Positions 26,405-36,631 of a stretch of 58,672 bases of DNA are shown one piece after another. Within the stretch, counting starts at the first letter, position 1. The number at the start of each line of letters is the position of its first letter. The DNA comes from a virus (Duplodnaviria > Caudoviricetes): IMG/VR virus record IMGVR_UViG_3300021440_000026, positions 1 to 58,672 of that record; one strand, written 5' to 3'. Under the pieces are notes generated by a model that was not told the origin of the DNA, did no database searches, and worked only from the letters and a program-made list of their open reading frames with translations. A program made the translations under genes and the position numbers.

Positions 26405-26541
26405 GTATTCTTTCCCTTTCCAAAAACCATAATAATAGCATAGTTACGCTAAAAAATTGTTGTTTTTATGTGCAATTTATATTTTACGCCGCCTCCAACA
26501 TTACGGATTATTTTCTCTTCCATTTTTTTATATAATAAAAA

Positions 26542-27090
26542 TCAACCATTACTACAAAATTGCAATCCCATAAATTTTTCAAATGTTGGTCGATTTTCTG
26601 TCCTTTTAAGCGCAAGCCATTGTCTTGTTGCTTCAATATGTTTTTCAGAATATAAATCGGATACTCTCAATTTTCTTTTATTATTTTCCAAAAATTCAAT
26701 ATCTAAATGATGAATAGGAAACGTTGAATGCGAAGGATAACCGTCTTTGCAAAATACATGATCTTTTTCTGTAGCTACTTGCCACTCATGAAGATTCGAT
26801 GTGCTGTCTTCAAAAAATATCGGTACTATCCCAGTTTCTTTGTAGCCTCTAAGCGCAGACTGCATTGAAGATTGCCCGATATTTATTGCAACCACCCTAT
26901 CTTCAACAGTTTCGTACCTGTTCTTTACACGAACAACATCACCTATTTTTACAGGGCACGGATCAATCAGTTGAGATTCGCAGAGCAGCGCATGCCTAAC
27001 GTCTGCATACACCCCACCACAAATTTCACACTGGTATTCAACACTTATTATTGATTTCATTCTTGCTCTCCTTGTGGCTGTGGCCTCCAT
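26542..27090 (-). CDS. Hypothetical protein with N-terminal YQCEICG motif
   Basis: 182-aa ORF; likely ATG at 27060 coupled to the upstream stop. Confidence 0.6.
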   Translation of the reverse strand: MEATATRRARMKSIISVEYQCEICGGVYADVRHALLCESQLIDPCPVKIGDVVRVKNRYETVEDRVVAINIGQSSMQSALRGYKETGIVPIFFEDSTSNLHEWQVATEKDHVFCKDGYPSHSTFPIHHLDIEFLENNKRKLRVSDLYSEKHIEATRQWLALKRTENRPTFEKFMGLQFCSNG

Positions 27091-27386
27091 AACTCTAATC
27101 CTTTCTTGTAGCCTATTTCATAGGGTTCATTGAGCCAATCAGAGTCGTAGTAACCTTTGTTATGTGTGTCTTTTTGCAACCCATTCCCAATACCTGATTC
27201 ATATGCGTCGCAAATCTTATAAATATTTGAAATGTATTCATCGGGCTTTTCTTGCGATAGCGCGGCACCGGATTTTTCAGCAGCTTCAATTTCTTTCAGC
27301 GTATCTTCAGCATCGCAATAATATGTTTCTTTATTGTTGGCAATTTCAGTAATAAATGCTTTCGCTATCTCAAGTGCTTTGTTCAT
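27057..27386 (-). CDS. Hypothetical protein
   Basis: Overlapping start/stop with neighbours; GGAGG RBS. Confidence 0.6.
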   Translation of the reverse strand: MNKALEIAKAFITEIANNKETYYCDAEDTLKEIEAAEKSGAALSQEKPDEYISNIYKICDAYESGIGNGLQKDTHNKGYYDSDWLNEPYEIGYKKGLELWRPQPQGEQE

Positions 27387-28024
27387 AGCTTCACCTCCAA
27401 AATTTTAAATTTCACAACCCAAACCCACGGGTTTAATTTCCACGAGCCTTTACCGTTAATTGATTCCCATAGATCGCGGTACCAGTCTTTTGGATTATCT
27501 CCGTCTGCCATATTCGGAAACGGGCAACCCTCCGCCATTGCATCGCCTCGGCTAATATCCTGCAAACGCTCAACGCTTACGCCTGTTATTTCGAGCGTTA
27601 TTCGGCTAGCGTCGCGTGGCATGTGAACAGAAGGTATGCGCCCAAAACGCGCACAAGGGCGCAAGGTTGCAGGGTAGTAATCTTGCTTACCTGATTCATT
27701 TTTATGCCACTCATTATCGTAAACAATGAACGCCTGGTCTCCATACCCTTCCATATCGCAGCCCCAGAAGGATTCACGTACCCAAAGACGATCGCCAATA
27801 AAAAATGGTTGAATAAAAGATTTGTCAATAGTGATCCCATTATTTGCTGCCCAGCTAACTTTCCCCTTAACAGATTTTTTCCCTGTACTATCTACCCACC
27901 GAATCAATTTCATATCTGGCTCCGTAGGCTGCGGTTTAATTACTCGCCTCATTTGCGTTTTCCGCTTCGCCAAAATAGCCTTGACCATTTCAGCATTAAA
28001 TATGATAGGACGTTCTTTAGTCAT
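27383..28024 (-). CDS. ASCH/PUA-like phage protein
   Basis: ERPIIFNAEMVKAIL..RKTQ.RR, GDRLWVRE, PSVHMPR.ASRITLEIT, W..NPWVWV motifs. Confidence 0.85.
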   Translation of the reverse strand: MTKERPIIFNAEMVKAILAKRKTQMRRVIKPQPTEPDMKLIRWVDSTGKKSVKGKVSWAANNGITIDKSFIQPFFIGDRLWVRESFWGCDMEGYGDQAFIVYDNEWHKNESGKQDYYPATLRPCARFGRIPSVHMPRDASRITLEITGVSVERLQDISRGDAMAEGCPFPNMADGDNPKDWYRDLWESINGKGSWKLNPWVWVVKFKILEVKL

Positions 28025-28119
28025 TGCTTCCCCTTTGCTGCGGATAGAATTTCACGCGCACTAAATTCCCAAATTGCTGGCTATTGACGGGTCGATGTCG
28101 TCGTATGTGCCTTGTATGC

Positions 28120-28344
28120 TCATTTGTAAATATCCTTTGGTAAGTAGCTTATGTAATACTTCCCAAGCAATGGTTTTTTCCTTCGTTCAGAAAAATAAAT
28201 ATGCGTTTTCTTTGAATTTTTTATGCAAAATCCCACTCCAAAAATGCGAAGCCAGAAAACCCCTGTTGAATATGCTACCCATAAAATTCCAAAAACAACA
28301 ATGCTGAAATAGTTTACTTCAGAATATTTTTCATATAGTTTCAT
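28120..28344 (-). CDS. Hypothetical protein
   Basis: 74 aa, ATGA-coupled to the Arc-like gene. Confidence 0.5.
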   Translation of the reverse strand: MKLYEKYSEVNYFSIVVFGILWVAYSTGVFWLRIFGVGFCIKNSKKTHIYFSERRKKPLLGKYYISYLPKDIYK

Positions 28345-28493
28345 TTTTTCATTCCCATTGCAATTTTTAATAAGTGTAGTATTTCTTCGGATAACTTACG
28401 ATCGTTTGCTTTTGCCATGCGCGTTAACTCTTCTCGCATGCCATCCTCAAATCGCAAGTTATAACGTTTTCTTTCGTCTTTTTTTGGCTTCAT
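28341..28493 (-). CDS. Arc-family ribbon-helix-helix DNA-binding protein (not in the ORF track)
   Basis: Own translation: [50 protein letters not shown]. Confidence 0.8.
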   Translation of the reverse strand: MKPKKDERKRYNLRFEDGMREELTRMAKANDRKLSEEILHLLKIAMGMKK

Positions 28494-29125
28494 TTTGCAG
28501 GTAAAAAAGTAGGATCAAATGCCGCACGCTGCGTGTTTAACCATAATTCAGTCCATTCCAAAGCCAACTTTGAAAACGGACTTGTCTCTGGAGTATCACC
28601 TTTTTTAATACTTAAAAAGAACCTCTCAATAGGTCGTGATGAATTAGGCTTTAATGTTTCAAATGATTGATAATCTATTTTTGCGATATTAGCTAAAGAG
28701 CCAACTAAGCAAGTGCAATTACCCGTATAAGTTGATCCGTCAACGCGCCCATTTTTTATGGCATCAATCAATCCCGCAACCTCTCTAGGTGCGGAAGAAA
28801 GAACAGCCCATAAATCATCGCGAATTACTGTTAGCTCAGCACCACGCAGGTTAGCACCACGCAGGTCAGCACCACGCAGGTCAGCACCACTCAGGTCAGC
28901 ACCACTCAGGTTAGCACCACGCAGGTTAGCACCACGCAGGTCAGCACCACTCAGGTTAGCACCACGCAGGTTAGCACCACGCAGGTCAGCACCACTCAGG
29001 TTAGCACCACTCAGGTTAGCATTTGCTTTTAATGCCATCAACAATGTAATTTTTAATGAATTTTCTTCTGCATCATGTGCAAATAAAACGGAATTATTCC
29101 AACGGTGTTTAATTTCAATTTGCAT
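28490..29125 (-). CDS. Pentapeptide-repeat protein with conserved C-terminal domain
   Basis: 12 A(N/D)L(S/R)G units; C-terminal [24 protein letters not shown]. Confidence 0.9.
   Translation of the reverse strand: MQIEIKHRWNNSVLFAHDAEENSLKITLLMALKANANLSGANLSGADLRGANLRGANLSGADLRGANLRGANLSGADLSGADLRGADLRGANLRGAELTVIRDDLWAVLSSAPREVAGLIDAIKNGRVDGSTYTGNCTCLVGSLANIAKIDYQSFETLKPNSSRPIERFFLSIKKGDTPETSPFSKLALEWTELWLNTQRAAFDPTFLPAK
28841..29020. repeat. 12 x 15-nt coding tandem repeat
   Basis: Minus-strand unit GCT(A/G)ACCTG(A/C)GTGGT with only two variable positions. Confidence 0.95.
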
Positions 29126-29199
29126 TTAATTTTCCTTTAAAGTTTATGTCTAAGTGGCATAAATACGATTATATTCTTCCTTCAAAATTCGCGCAACGG

Positions 29200-29385
29200 T
29201 TATTTGTTCATTGTTGCGGAAATGGCTTCTTGCGCTTTCTTGGCGATTTGCTCTAGCACGTCTCCACGCAAATACCATAGTTTCCAAAGGCGTTTAACCT
29301 CCGCAGCAAGCACTTTCTCCTGCTTGCTTGCATGCGCTGAATTAGCCATGTCCATTGCTTGTTGTAGCGTCATTTCATTTGTCAT
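29200..29385 (-). CDS. Hypothetical protein
   Basis: 61 aa, coupled to the upstream ORF. Confidence 0.55.
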   Translation of the reverse strand: MTNEMTLQQAMDMANSAHASKQEKVLAAEVKRLWKLWYLRGDVLEQIAKKAQEAISATMNK

Positions 29386-29546
29386 CTATCACTCTTAAAA
29401 ACAATCTGCTCGTTCTTTTCCCTTTGCATATCTCGAAGTTCCCATCCAAGCATCCGCCGAACTTCTTTTTGGCTTGGTGGCGGCTTGCGTTCTTTGTTAC
29501 GCTGATTCATATATTCGCGCACTGCTTCTTTCGTTGTTGCGGGCAT
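29382..29546 (-). CDS. Small conserved protein (PPPS..EVRR.LGW.L motif; not in the ORF track)
   Basis: Own translation: MPATTKEAVREYMNQRNKERKPPPSQKEVRRMLGWELRDMQREKNEQIVFKSDR*; GGAG RBS. Confidence 0.65.
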   Translation of the reverse strand: MPATTKEAVREYMNQRNKERKPPPSQKEVRRMLGWELRDMQREKNEQIVFKSDR

Positions 29547-29593
29547 GATGATCTCCGGTAAACTTCGATGGTGACTACACTTCTTTTATACGC

Positions 29594-30232
29594 CTAATTT
29601 TGCTTTCTTTCAATCAAAACCCACAAATTATCTTTTCGTGCTTTCCGTTCAATTAGCTGAATTCCGCCATTATTTTTTTGCCTCCCATGGACAAGAATCC
29701 ATTTTTTGTTTTTTGCAAAAACCTCATAACAACCATCTGTTAAATTTTTTGTTACAATATAAACTTTTTCACCAGATATATTTTTCTTATTTCTTACATT
29801 TATAGAAATTTGTAATTGATTGTCGATTTTATCAAGCAGCTCCGTGAAGTCAGAGCCTTTGTTGCGCTCTTTATCATTCAGAATTTTCCGCAAAGTTTTT
29901 CTGTACGATTGGAAAGCATATCTTTTTGCAAGGTCAAATCTGCGAAACCATACGCAGTCATCGAGAGTGAATACAGGATATTTTGTTTTATTTTTCCACG
30001 TCTTGCCAAATTTCACACCACGCATAAACTCACGAGTCACCTTGTTGGGTGCTTTCTTTAGTTCAAAGTCCTCGTAAAGATGTTCAGGCGCGATAAAATC
30101 TTTCTCCCCTGTTTCAACGTCAACGCACCTAATGTGACGCATTATTGGGTCAGGGTAAATTTTTACAGCACGCACACCTTCAAAACTGAAAAACATCTCG
30201 GTGTAGAGGATTTTGTGTATTTTTTTAGGCAT
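29594..30232 (-). CDS. Hypothetical basic protein
   Basis: 212-aa ORF with AAGGA RBS. Confidence 0.6.
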   Translation of the reverse strand: MPKKIHKILYTEMFFSFEGVRAVKIYPDPIMRHIRCVDVETGEKDFIAPEHLYEDFELKKAPNKVTREFMRGVKFGKTWKNKTKYPVFTLDDCVWFRRFDLAKRYAFQSYRKTLRKILNDKERNKGSDFTELLDKIDNQLQISINVRNKKNISGEKVYIVTKNLTDGCYEVFAKNKKWILVHGRQKNNGGIQLIERKARKDNLWVLIERKQN

Positions 30233-30240
30233 GTTATTCC

Positions 30241-31308
30241 TTAGTAATTAACTGAAACATTAGGCACTTTTCCGTTTGCAATCAACTTAATGCACTCCAT
30301 TGCAACATCCGCATCAATTCCGCCATGAACTAAAGCATCTAGCGCATCCTTGTTGATTTTGCGCTTATAATTCTGATTAGCCTCACGCTTCTTTTGTTCT
30401 GCTGCTGCCGCCTCTGCTTCGCGAAATACGCGCTCCTGCTCACGTTTTACGGCATCTTCTGCGTCTTGTTTAGCTTTGCGTGCTGCCTCAATCTTATCTT
30501 GTTCTGCTTTTTTCTCAGCATCCAGTCGTGCCCGCTCTGCCTGTTCCGCTGCCAATTTTAATTGCAGTTCGCGACGTTCCGCATCTTCGCGTTGTTGGCG
30601 TGCTGCTGCTTCGGCGTTGGCTAGTGCAATACGTGCTTTCTCTGCTTCCGCCGCCGCTTTAATTTCTGCATCTTTGATTGCTTTATCTGCGGCTGCTTTG
30701 GCAATAGCATCATCACGGTCTTTCTGTGCGCGTGCTTCTACTTCTTCTCGGAGCCGTTTTAATTCTGCCGCTTCAGCTTCCGATTTTAACGCGTCAGCAA
30801 TTAGCATTTTTAATGCTTGAATTGTGGCATCCTTGACCTTTGCAGCATCCGCAACAAACTCACTCCACGAATCATCAATCAATATTGATTCGGCTTGCTG
30901 CAATGCTTTTTGATGATCTTCAGAGCCACCAACACTGCATGCAAGCATTCCAAGTGCCGCCAATCTGTCTTTTATTACGCTTACACGATCAGTTTCCCGT
31001 TGTTCAATCTCATCGATTTTCACTTGATGCACTGCAATCATAGCTTCAATACGTGATTCAATCTGTTGTGCTTCCGCATCAACAGCGCGTCCTAGTCGTA
31101 AAAATTCTGCTTTTTCAGATTTTCTGGCTTTTTCAAGCGCGCCTTTAGTTTGCCGTAATTTATAAACCCAGCTTCGCGCTTCTTTGTTTCCGATCTTCGA
31201 TTCGTAATCGAATGCTAATTGCGAATTAGTTTTTTCTGCTTCTGCAAGCTCTGCGTAAAATGGCTTGTAAGCTACGATTGCCGATTCTTTTTCAGTTAAT
31301 AGTTCCAT
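30241..31308 (-). CDS. Long Ala/Glu/Lys-rich coiled-coil protein of phage recombination modules
   Basis: N-terminal YES..GNKEARS..YKL; C-terminal IANGKVPNVSVNY. Confidence 0.75.
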   Translation of the reverse strand: MELLTEKESAIVAYKPFYAELAEAEKTNSQLAFDYESKIGNKEARSWVYKLRQTKGALEKARKSEKAEFLRLGRAVDAEAQQIESRIEAMIAVHQVKIDEIEQRETDRVSVIKDRLAALGMLACSVGGSEDHQKALQQAESILIDDSWSEFVADAAKVKDATIQALKMLIADALKSEAEAAELKRLREEVEARAQKDRDDAIAKAAADKAIKDAEIKAAAEAEKARIALANAEAAARQQREDAERRELQLKLAAEQAERARLDAEKKAEQDKIEAARKAKQDAEDAVKREQERVFREAEAAAAEQKKREANQNYKRKINKDALDALVHGGIDADVAMECIKLIANGKVPNVSVNY

Positions 31309-31337
31309 GTATTTTCCTTAATAAAAAAAACTAAAAA

Positions 31338-31613
31338 TTAAGCACTTAATGCTTCCGCTTTTAAAGCTGCATAACTTACAGAATCTAATGCGCTGTCTTC
31401 GTGATAATTTTTTGTTTTCCACTGACGCACATCCTTTAGAAGCTGCATAAATAGCCATCCTTCTGCCTCTGTTAAGGTGCATGATGTAATCGTGTTAAAC
31501 GCAGCAATAGTCTTTGCCATGCTGCGCTCGCCTTGCGGGCTATCGTATTGTTTTGCCCGATCTTGTTGTATTTTCTTTGCGTTATCCAAAAACTCTGTTG
31601 ATGTTTTCATCAT
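31338..31613 (-). CDS. DUF6378-like protein
   Basis: DRAKQYD...ERSM...FN......EGWLFM.LLK.VR.....HEDS..D..SYAAL. Confidence 0.75.
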   Translation of the reverse strand: MMKTSTEFLDNAKKIQQDRAKQYDSPQGERSMAKTIAAFNTITSCTLTEAEGWLFMQLLKDVRQWKTKNYHEDSALDSVSYAALKAEALSA

Positions 31614-31618
31614 GCGTT

Positions 31619-32119
31619 TTATTTTAAATTTAATCGTTGAGATTGAACAAGGCGTGCACCTTGCACTTCAAAACCATCTTGTAGAGCTTTCTTAATCAAC
31701 ATTTTGTCTGGCACAGGAACTGGCGGCTTTGGTTCCGGTGTGCGCATGTAATCTACTGACAACAATGCTTCTTCGTACACGTCAACGGAAGGCGGGTTAT
31801 TTTTGATGGAAATTTCAAAATCTGCGCAACTAATTTCTTTCACTTTTGCAATCTGCATGCACGTTAAAACGTATTTTTCTAATGCCTCTCTACGTTTTTT
31901 AACAGAAGAAAGTCGCTCCTGCATTTCCTCAATACGTTTTTTAATGCCATTCTCTAACATTTCATGGTTTTTAATAACATAAGCACAATTCTGCGCTTTC
32001 ACTTCCAACGGATATGACTCCGCTTCAAGCGTATCCGCAAATGTTGTTTCGTCCAAGTCTAAATTTGATAATTTTTCTACTAAAGCGCGATGTTCAATCG
32101 CAACGATAAATAAACTCAT
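31619..32119 (-). CDS. Siphovirus Gp157-family protein
   Basis: DTLE, KAQNC, IKNNPPSV, PDKMLIKKALQDG.EVQGARL motifs. Confidence 0.9.
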   Translation of the reverse strand: MSLFIVAIEHRALVEKLSNLDLDETTFADTLEAESYPLEVKAQNCAYVIKNHEMLENGIKKRIEEMQERLSSVKKRREALEKYVLTCMQIAKVKEISCADFEISIKNNPPSVDVYEEALLSVDYMRTPEPKPPVPVPDKMLIKKALQDGFEVQGARLVQSQRLNLK

Positions 32120-32814
32120 GATTTTGCCTTTTCAATTTTTTGGAGAAGAAGTGATTTTATTTGCTTGTACGCCGTAATCGGCGTTTCCGCTAATGATGTT
32201 ATTTCTGCAGAAAACGAATCAGATAAATATTTCATAAGCCCCGCCTTATCTGCATTGGCTTGCGTCATTAAATCTGATAATTCTGTTTGCTGGTCGACTG
32301 TTAAAAAAACAATTTGCTTTTCTTGTGTTGGTTTTGTTTCTGGTTGCGGCAAATGCAGATCACCTTTATGCCACAAATCAAGCGCAGCACCAAACCTCAT
32401 AGCCGCATTCCGTAGAGCATCGCCAATCGATTCCTTGATCGCGTCCCCGCCAGACTTTCCGTCAGGGTGCCCGTATCCAAGTCTAGTAACTCCACAAACT
32501 GTTAACCTAATCCAAAGCCCGCCATTACTGTCCAGTTTGGGAAGCCCTGTTTGTTGGTCAAATGCAACTGGTTCCCAAAACCACGATTCGTCGCAATCCA
32601 AAAGCCTATCTGTTAATGCGGCGTGTCCAACATAATTCAAGTGGACGACATCTTTATGGTGCCATCCACCACATTCTTGGCACCTAATGCCTTTTCTGTA
32701 GTCGGCTTTTACCTCATCAGTTTGCGACTTTGTGGGTTTTGGTAATTTATTTATTAGTTTTTTATCAAATTCTTTTCGTAATAAAGCTAATCCCAATTTT
32801 TTTCTTTCTTCCAC
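32116..32814 (-). CDS. Rad52/Sak-like single-strand annealing protein
   Basis: LNYVGHAALTDRL, LTVCGVTRLGYG, KESIGDALRNAAMRFGAALDLW. Confidence 0.8.
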   Translation of the reverse strand: MEERKKLGLALLRKEFDKKLINKLPKPTKSQTDEVKADYRKGIRCQECGGWHHKDVVHLNYVGHAALTDRLLDCDESWFWEPVAFDQQTGLPKLDSNGGLWIRLTVCGVTRLGYGHPDGKSGGDAIKESIGDALRNAAMRFGAALDLWHKGDLHLPQPETKPTQEKQIVFLTVDQQTELSDLMTQANADKAGLMKYLSDSFSAEITSLAETPITAYKQIKSLLLQKIEKAKS

Positions 32815-32979
32815 GGTATTTCCTCAAAATGGTAAGGTTTCTAAATCTTGCTTACTATACTTAAACTCGACAATTTCTTCAGTCGGTATGCATTGGCTAT
32901 TAGCGTTTTCTTGCTCTTCTTTTTCTTGCATTTCAAAAACAAACTGACCAATTTTGCTCATTTTATTCTCCGTTATGTG

Positions 32980-33213
32980 TTATACGTTATATATCTCAAA
33001 TAGAATTTGTAATTCTACACCCTGTTTTTTTGCATTTACTCTGTAAAAATTCTTAAAAAGTGATGTGCCGATCTTTTCAATGGATTTGATTTTAAATTCA
33101 TGCTCCAACAATTTATCAACAATTTTTTGTTTGTCATCGACCAACCCAAAATCCACAACCGTGCTGAATTCTGCTTTTTGGCAAAATGATAATAATTCTT
33201 CTCGCAATCCCAT
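32980..33213 (-). CDS. Hypothetical protein
   Basis: 77 aa with AAGGA RBS. Confidence 0.55.
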   Translation of the reverse strand: MGLREELLSFCQKAEFSTVVDFGLVDDKQKIVDKLLEHEFKIKSIEKIGTSLFKNFYRVNAKKQGVELQILFEIYNV

Positions 33214-33222
33214 TATTCCTTC

Positions 33223-33590
33223 CTATTCGTTTAATAAAATATAATCAGTTGCAAAAATATCTTCCTCTGTAAAATGAGGGGACGCGAGCATGTTTTTGCT
33301 ATTAAACCAAGATATTTGTGTTACTCCTTTTCTTCCCCGCATAAAACCAAATCCAGTTTTCTTGTAATGAGCAATCGCCATTTCTAGTGTTACTGGTTCT
33401 ATGTATTCTTGCCAGTCGGAAGGGTATAAAAATTCCCGCGACGTTTCAATACCCTCATTCGTTACCAAATTACCATCTACTAGATGTAAGTACTTAAATT
33501 TTATGATATTTTATCACTGATACAACTAATCTTCTTCCCTTCAACTAACGCCTTGTAAATCTCCTCAACATTTTCATACGGCTTACTCAT
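33223..33590 (-). pseudogene. Frameshifted member of a three-gene paralog family (with 43359 and 43794)
   Basis: MSKPYENVEEIYKALVEGKKI... stops early; one extra A in the A4 run at ~33509-33512 joins it to ...FTEEDIFATDYILLNE. Confidence 0.6.
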
Positions 33591-33910
33591 CTTCATTCTC
33601 CTTTCCGTTTTTTTTGTTTAGTGCCTGCGTTACCATTTTTTTTGGAAGCGCAGGGCTTTTTCTGCTATCTATTTTATTTTCACTACTTAATGTAGGCTTG
33701 GACTGGCGTTCCAAGAACCCTATTTCTGCATGATATTCTCCTTAAAATTACCAGCAACTTAATTCGCCATACTGGATTGGCTCAAAAAACTTTCATTACA
33801 CGATTCGCAAATATCAGACTGGAATTCGTCTTTTTCTTCGCAAAAATCGTTGTGGCATACTTTGCATGACAGCAAAACTTCACCATTATGCGGAAACTTA
33901 TCAAACGGCG

Positions 33911-34102
33911 TTACGTATTCATAGTGCATTTTATTTCCTCGCATTGTATTTTGATTAGTGTGCTTAAAACCATGATCTTTGCAATCAGTTCTTTGTTTGC
34001 GTTAAGCCCGCCATAATAATCAAGTTCCGTGGCAAAATCGATTGTTTCTTCGTTGATTTTTTCTAACTTTTTAATCAATTTCTTGGCTTTTTGTTTGGTC
34101 AT
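33911..34102 (-). CDS. Hypothetical protein, first gene of the leftward operon
   Basis: Preceded by TTGCGT-17-TAAAGT and an AGGA RBS. Confidence 0.55.
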   Translation of the reverse strand: MTKQKAKKLIKKLEKINEETIDFATELDYYGGLNANKELIAKIMVLSTLIKIQCEEIKCTMNT

Positions 34103-34217
34103 TTCCTACATCCGTTGAATCAATAAACGTACTTTAACAAGTAAATTTTTCAAACGCAAGCTATTTTTTTAGTTTTTACGAGGATTATTTTTTTGTTGTT
34201 TTTGGGCTTAATAAACG

Positions 34218-34577
34218 TTGCAAAATTTTAGCGTGGCGGTCATAATTGAAGCATTACAACAACGGGAGAATGAAATGGTAGTTTACGGCGAAGATGACAT
34301 GGATGCGATTTTGCAGGTATTTATCGCTAACCCTGAAAAGCGTTTTACGAACAAAGAGATTGCAAAACTTTCTGATACCCCTCCAAAAATCTGCATTGAA
34401 ATTTTGAAAAAATTTGTTGCGGATGGGCGCATCAACCACGGGGAGCAAAATAATGAATGCTACACGACTTACTACATGCAAACGATTGTAGCGGAGAACG
34501 GGGGAATTGCTAAAACGTATGTTTTCCGTGACAAAGCAGTGATTGCGCTTTTTGGGGAATACGCAAAAAATGTTTGA
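34218..34577 (+). CDS. Winged-HTH-like protein, first gene of the rightward operon
   Basis: ILQVF..NPEKRFTNKEIAKLS; real start probably ATG at ~34275 after GGGAG. Confidence 0.5.
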   Translation: MQNFSVAVIIEALQQRENEMVVYGEDDMDAILQVFIANPEKRFTNKEIAKLSDTPPKICIEILKKFVADGRINHGEQNNECYTTYYMQTIVAENGGIAKTYVFRDKAVIALFGEYAKNV

Positions 34578-34923
34578 CCCGAAACCGGATGCAGTCGCAT
34601 ACTTCCGCGAACGCACAAATTTAGATACGCACTACATTCACACGCGCAAAGCATGTGTATGCGGTAAACGCGTAACACTTAAGCAGCTAACACAATATGG
34701 AAAATGCAATTCATGCAGAAAGGTAAAAAATGGAATTGGTAAATAGGGAAGAATTTAACAAACATGCGAAAGAAGCAAAGGACATTCGGGAGGCATTACG
34801 TTACCCACCGCACGTGCGCGAAGAATGGGAGGACTTGTACAAGACGCATAAAATGGTTGGTGCATTTAAAAGCCTTGCCAAAATTGTTGATAAACGTGGA
34901 TTTCACACTTTGAAAGGAAAATA

Positions 34924-35163
34924 ATGAACTGGCAACCAATGGAAAGCGCGCCAAAGGATCGAAGGATTTTGCTTTATTACGAAAAGCCGATTTTTACTGG
35001 TTATTTTGTAACAGTAGGAAAATGGTGCCAAGATGAATATTCCAAATATCCAAAACCATATTGGGAAAATGACGTTAAGCAATTGTCTGGAATTTTAAGG
35101 CAACGTGATTACCAGCCAACGCTTTGGGCAGAAATTGAATTACCAAAACCTAAGGAAGAATAA
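34924..35163 (+). CDS. Conserved phage protein (WQP.E.APKD family)
   Basis: MNWQPMESAPKDRRILL...PTLW.E..P. Confidence 0.75.
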   Translation: MNWQPMESAPKDRRILLYYEKPIFTGYFVTVGKWCQDEYSKYPKPYWENDVKQLSGILRQRDYQPTLWAEIELPKPKEE

Positions 35164-35526
35164 TGGAAACATGGGAAGAACAAGCAAAACCGATCTTGCT
35201 GAACGGCTGGGGATTCCCGAACGATTCGCAATCCGACAAATTGTGGTCGCACATGGCAAAAATCACGAAAACATTTTTTACGGAACTCGAACCTGAAGGG
35301 ATTTTACAATGAGGAGCCTATCGCACTTGGAGCGCATCGCCATGGAAACTGTTAGGCAGCAGGGATGCGTATTAAGCAGCTCACTTCCTACTCGGTCGCA
35401 AAACGGCATGCGAGAATTGCCGTCGGATATACCCGGAATTCGTGTATACAAGAACCTTGTCAAAGACGGGTTTTTAAAACGGGAAGAGGGCGTGGATTCT
35501 TTTGGCTTTGTTTTAACGGGGAATAA

Positions 35527-36249
35527 ATGACCCCAACAATAATTGGCAATTGCACACTATACAATGCGGATTGCTTGGATGTGTTGCCAAAACTATCGGA
35601 AGTAGATGCAGTGATAACCGATCCTCCCTATGAAAAAGAAGCGCATACAGATATGCGGCGTTCTAGGCTCGCAATAAAAAACAAAGTTAATGACGTTATC
35701 GATTTTGATTCGATAGACGAAAAAACACGGGATGCTATTGCGGAATACTGCGCAAAACTCTGCGCTGGATGGGCTTTGATGTTCTGCCAAGCTGAAGGCG
35801 TGCACTTGTGGCGTGCTGCGGTCGAAAAATTCGGTGCAAAATACAAGCGTGCAATGGTATGGATTAAACCCGATTCGTCATCTCAATTTAACGGGCAATG
35901 TCCATCTCAGTGGTATGAAAGTATTGTGGCGGCATGGTGCGGCAAAGGTACAAGCGTGTGGAACGGTGGTGGCAAGCGTGGCGTGTTTACGCACAATTGC
36001 AACACTGGGCGATTCGGCGGGCACCCGACTGAAAAGCCCGTTCCGTTGATGAGCGAATTGGTGACGTTGTTTTCTAACGATGGATGGCTAGTACTTGACC
36101 CGTTTATGGGCAGCGGTACTACGGCTATTTCCTGCATCCGATCTGGTCGTAATTTTATTGGGATTGAACGAGACAAGAAATATTTTGACATTACGTGCAA
36201 AAGAATCACTGCAGAATACGCGCAGGGTGATTTTTTTAGGGGAAAATGA
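35527..36249 (+). CDS. DNA N6-adenine/N4-cytosine methyltransferase (beta class)
   Basis: VITDPPY (motif IV) before HPTEKP and LDPFMGSGTT (motif I). Confidence 0.95.
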   Translation: MTPTIIGNCTLYNADCLDVLPKLSEVDAVITDPPYEKEAHTDMRRSRLAIKNKVNDVIDFDSIDEKTRDAIAEYCAKLCAGWALMFCQAEGVHLWRAAVEKFGAKYKRAMVWIKPDSSSQFNGQCPSQWYESIVAAWCGKGTSVWNGGGKRGVFTHNCNTGRFGGHPTEKPVPLMSELVTLFSNDGWLVLDPFMGSGTTAISCIRSGRNFIGIERDKKYFDITCKRITAEYAQGDFFRGK

Positions 36250-36250
36250 A

Positions 36251-36631
36251 ATGACTGAATTTGAAAAAAACTTGGCAGTACTGGAAAAGTCATACGAAAA
36301 AGGCAGGCTATTTGAAATAAACCGCCAAGAAGGCACTTGGCAATGCTCTCGTATTGATAAAAAAAATAAAGTGTTTTTTATGCACCGTGAAAATTTTACA
36401 GAAGAAGCGGAATGCGTGAATAAATTAAGATGCTTAGTTGCATCGTGGGATGGAAGTATGAATGCTTTTTGGGATTTGAAAATATATTCTCGAAATATAT
36501 TGATATGGACTAAGCCAGCACAAAAAGAAACGCATAGAATAATCATGGATTTTTCCTTTTTGGAAAGAAATACATTAGAACTTGTATATGACTTGAGAGA
36601 CATTGATGAACAAAAAAACCAAACTAACTGA
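36251..36631 (+). CDS. Hypothetical protein
   Basis: ATG 2 nt after the MTase stop; reads MTEFEKNL... Confidence 0.55.
   Translation: MTEFEKNLAVLEKSYEKGRLFEINRQEGTWQCSRIDKKNKVFFMHRENFTEEAECVNKLRCLVASWDGSMNAFWDLKIYSRNILIWTKPAQKETHRIIMDFSFLERNTLELVYDLRDIDEQKNQTN

Noticed and set aside
28841-29020. Regular repeat array as a CRISPR array or DGR template
   Set aside because: Contiguous 15-nt coding units with no spacers; no cas or reverse transcriptase gene in the window
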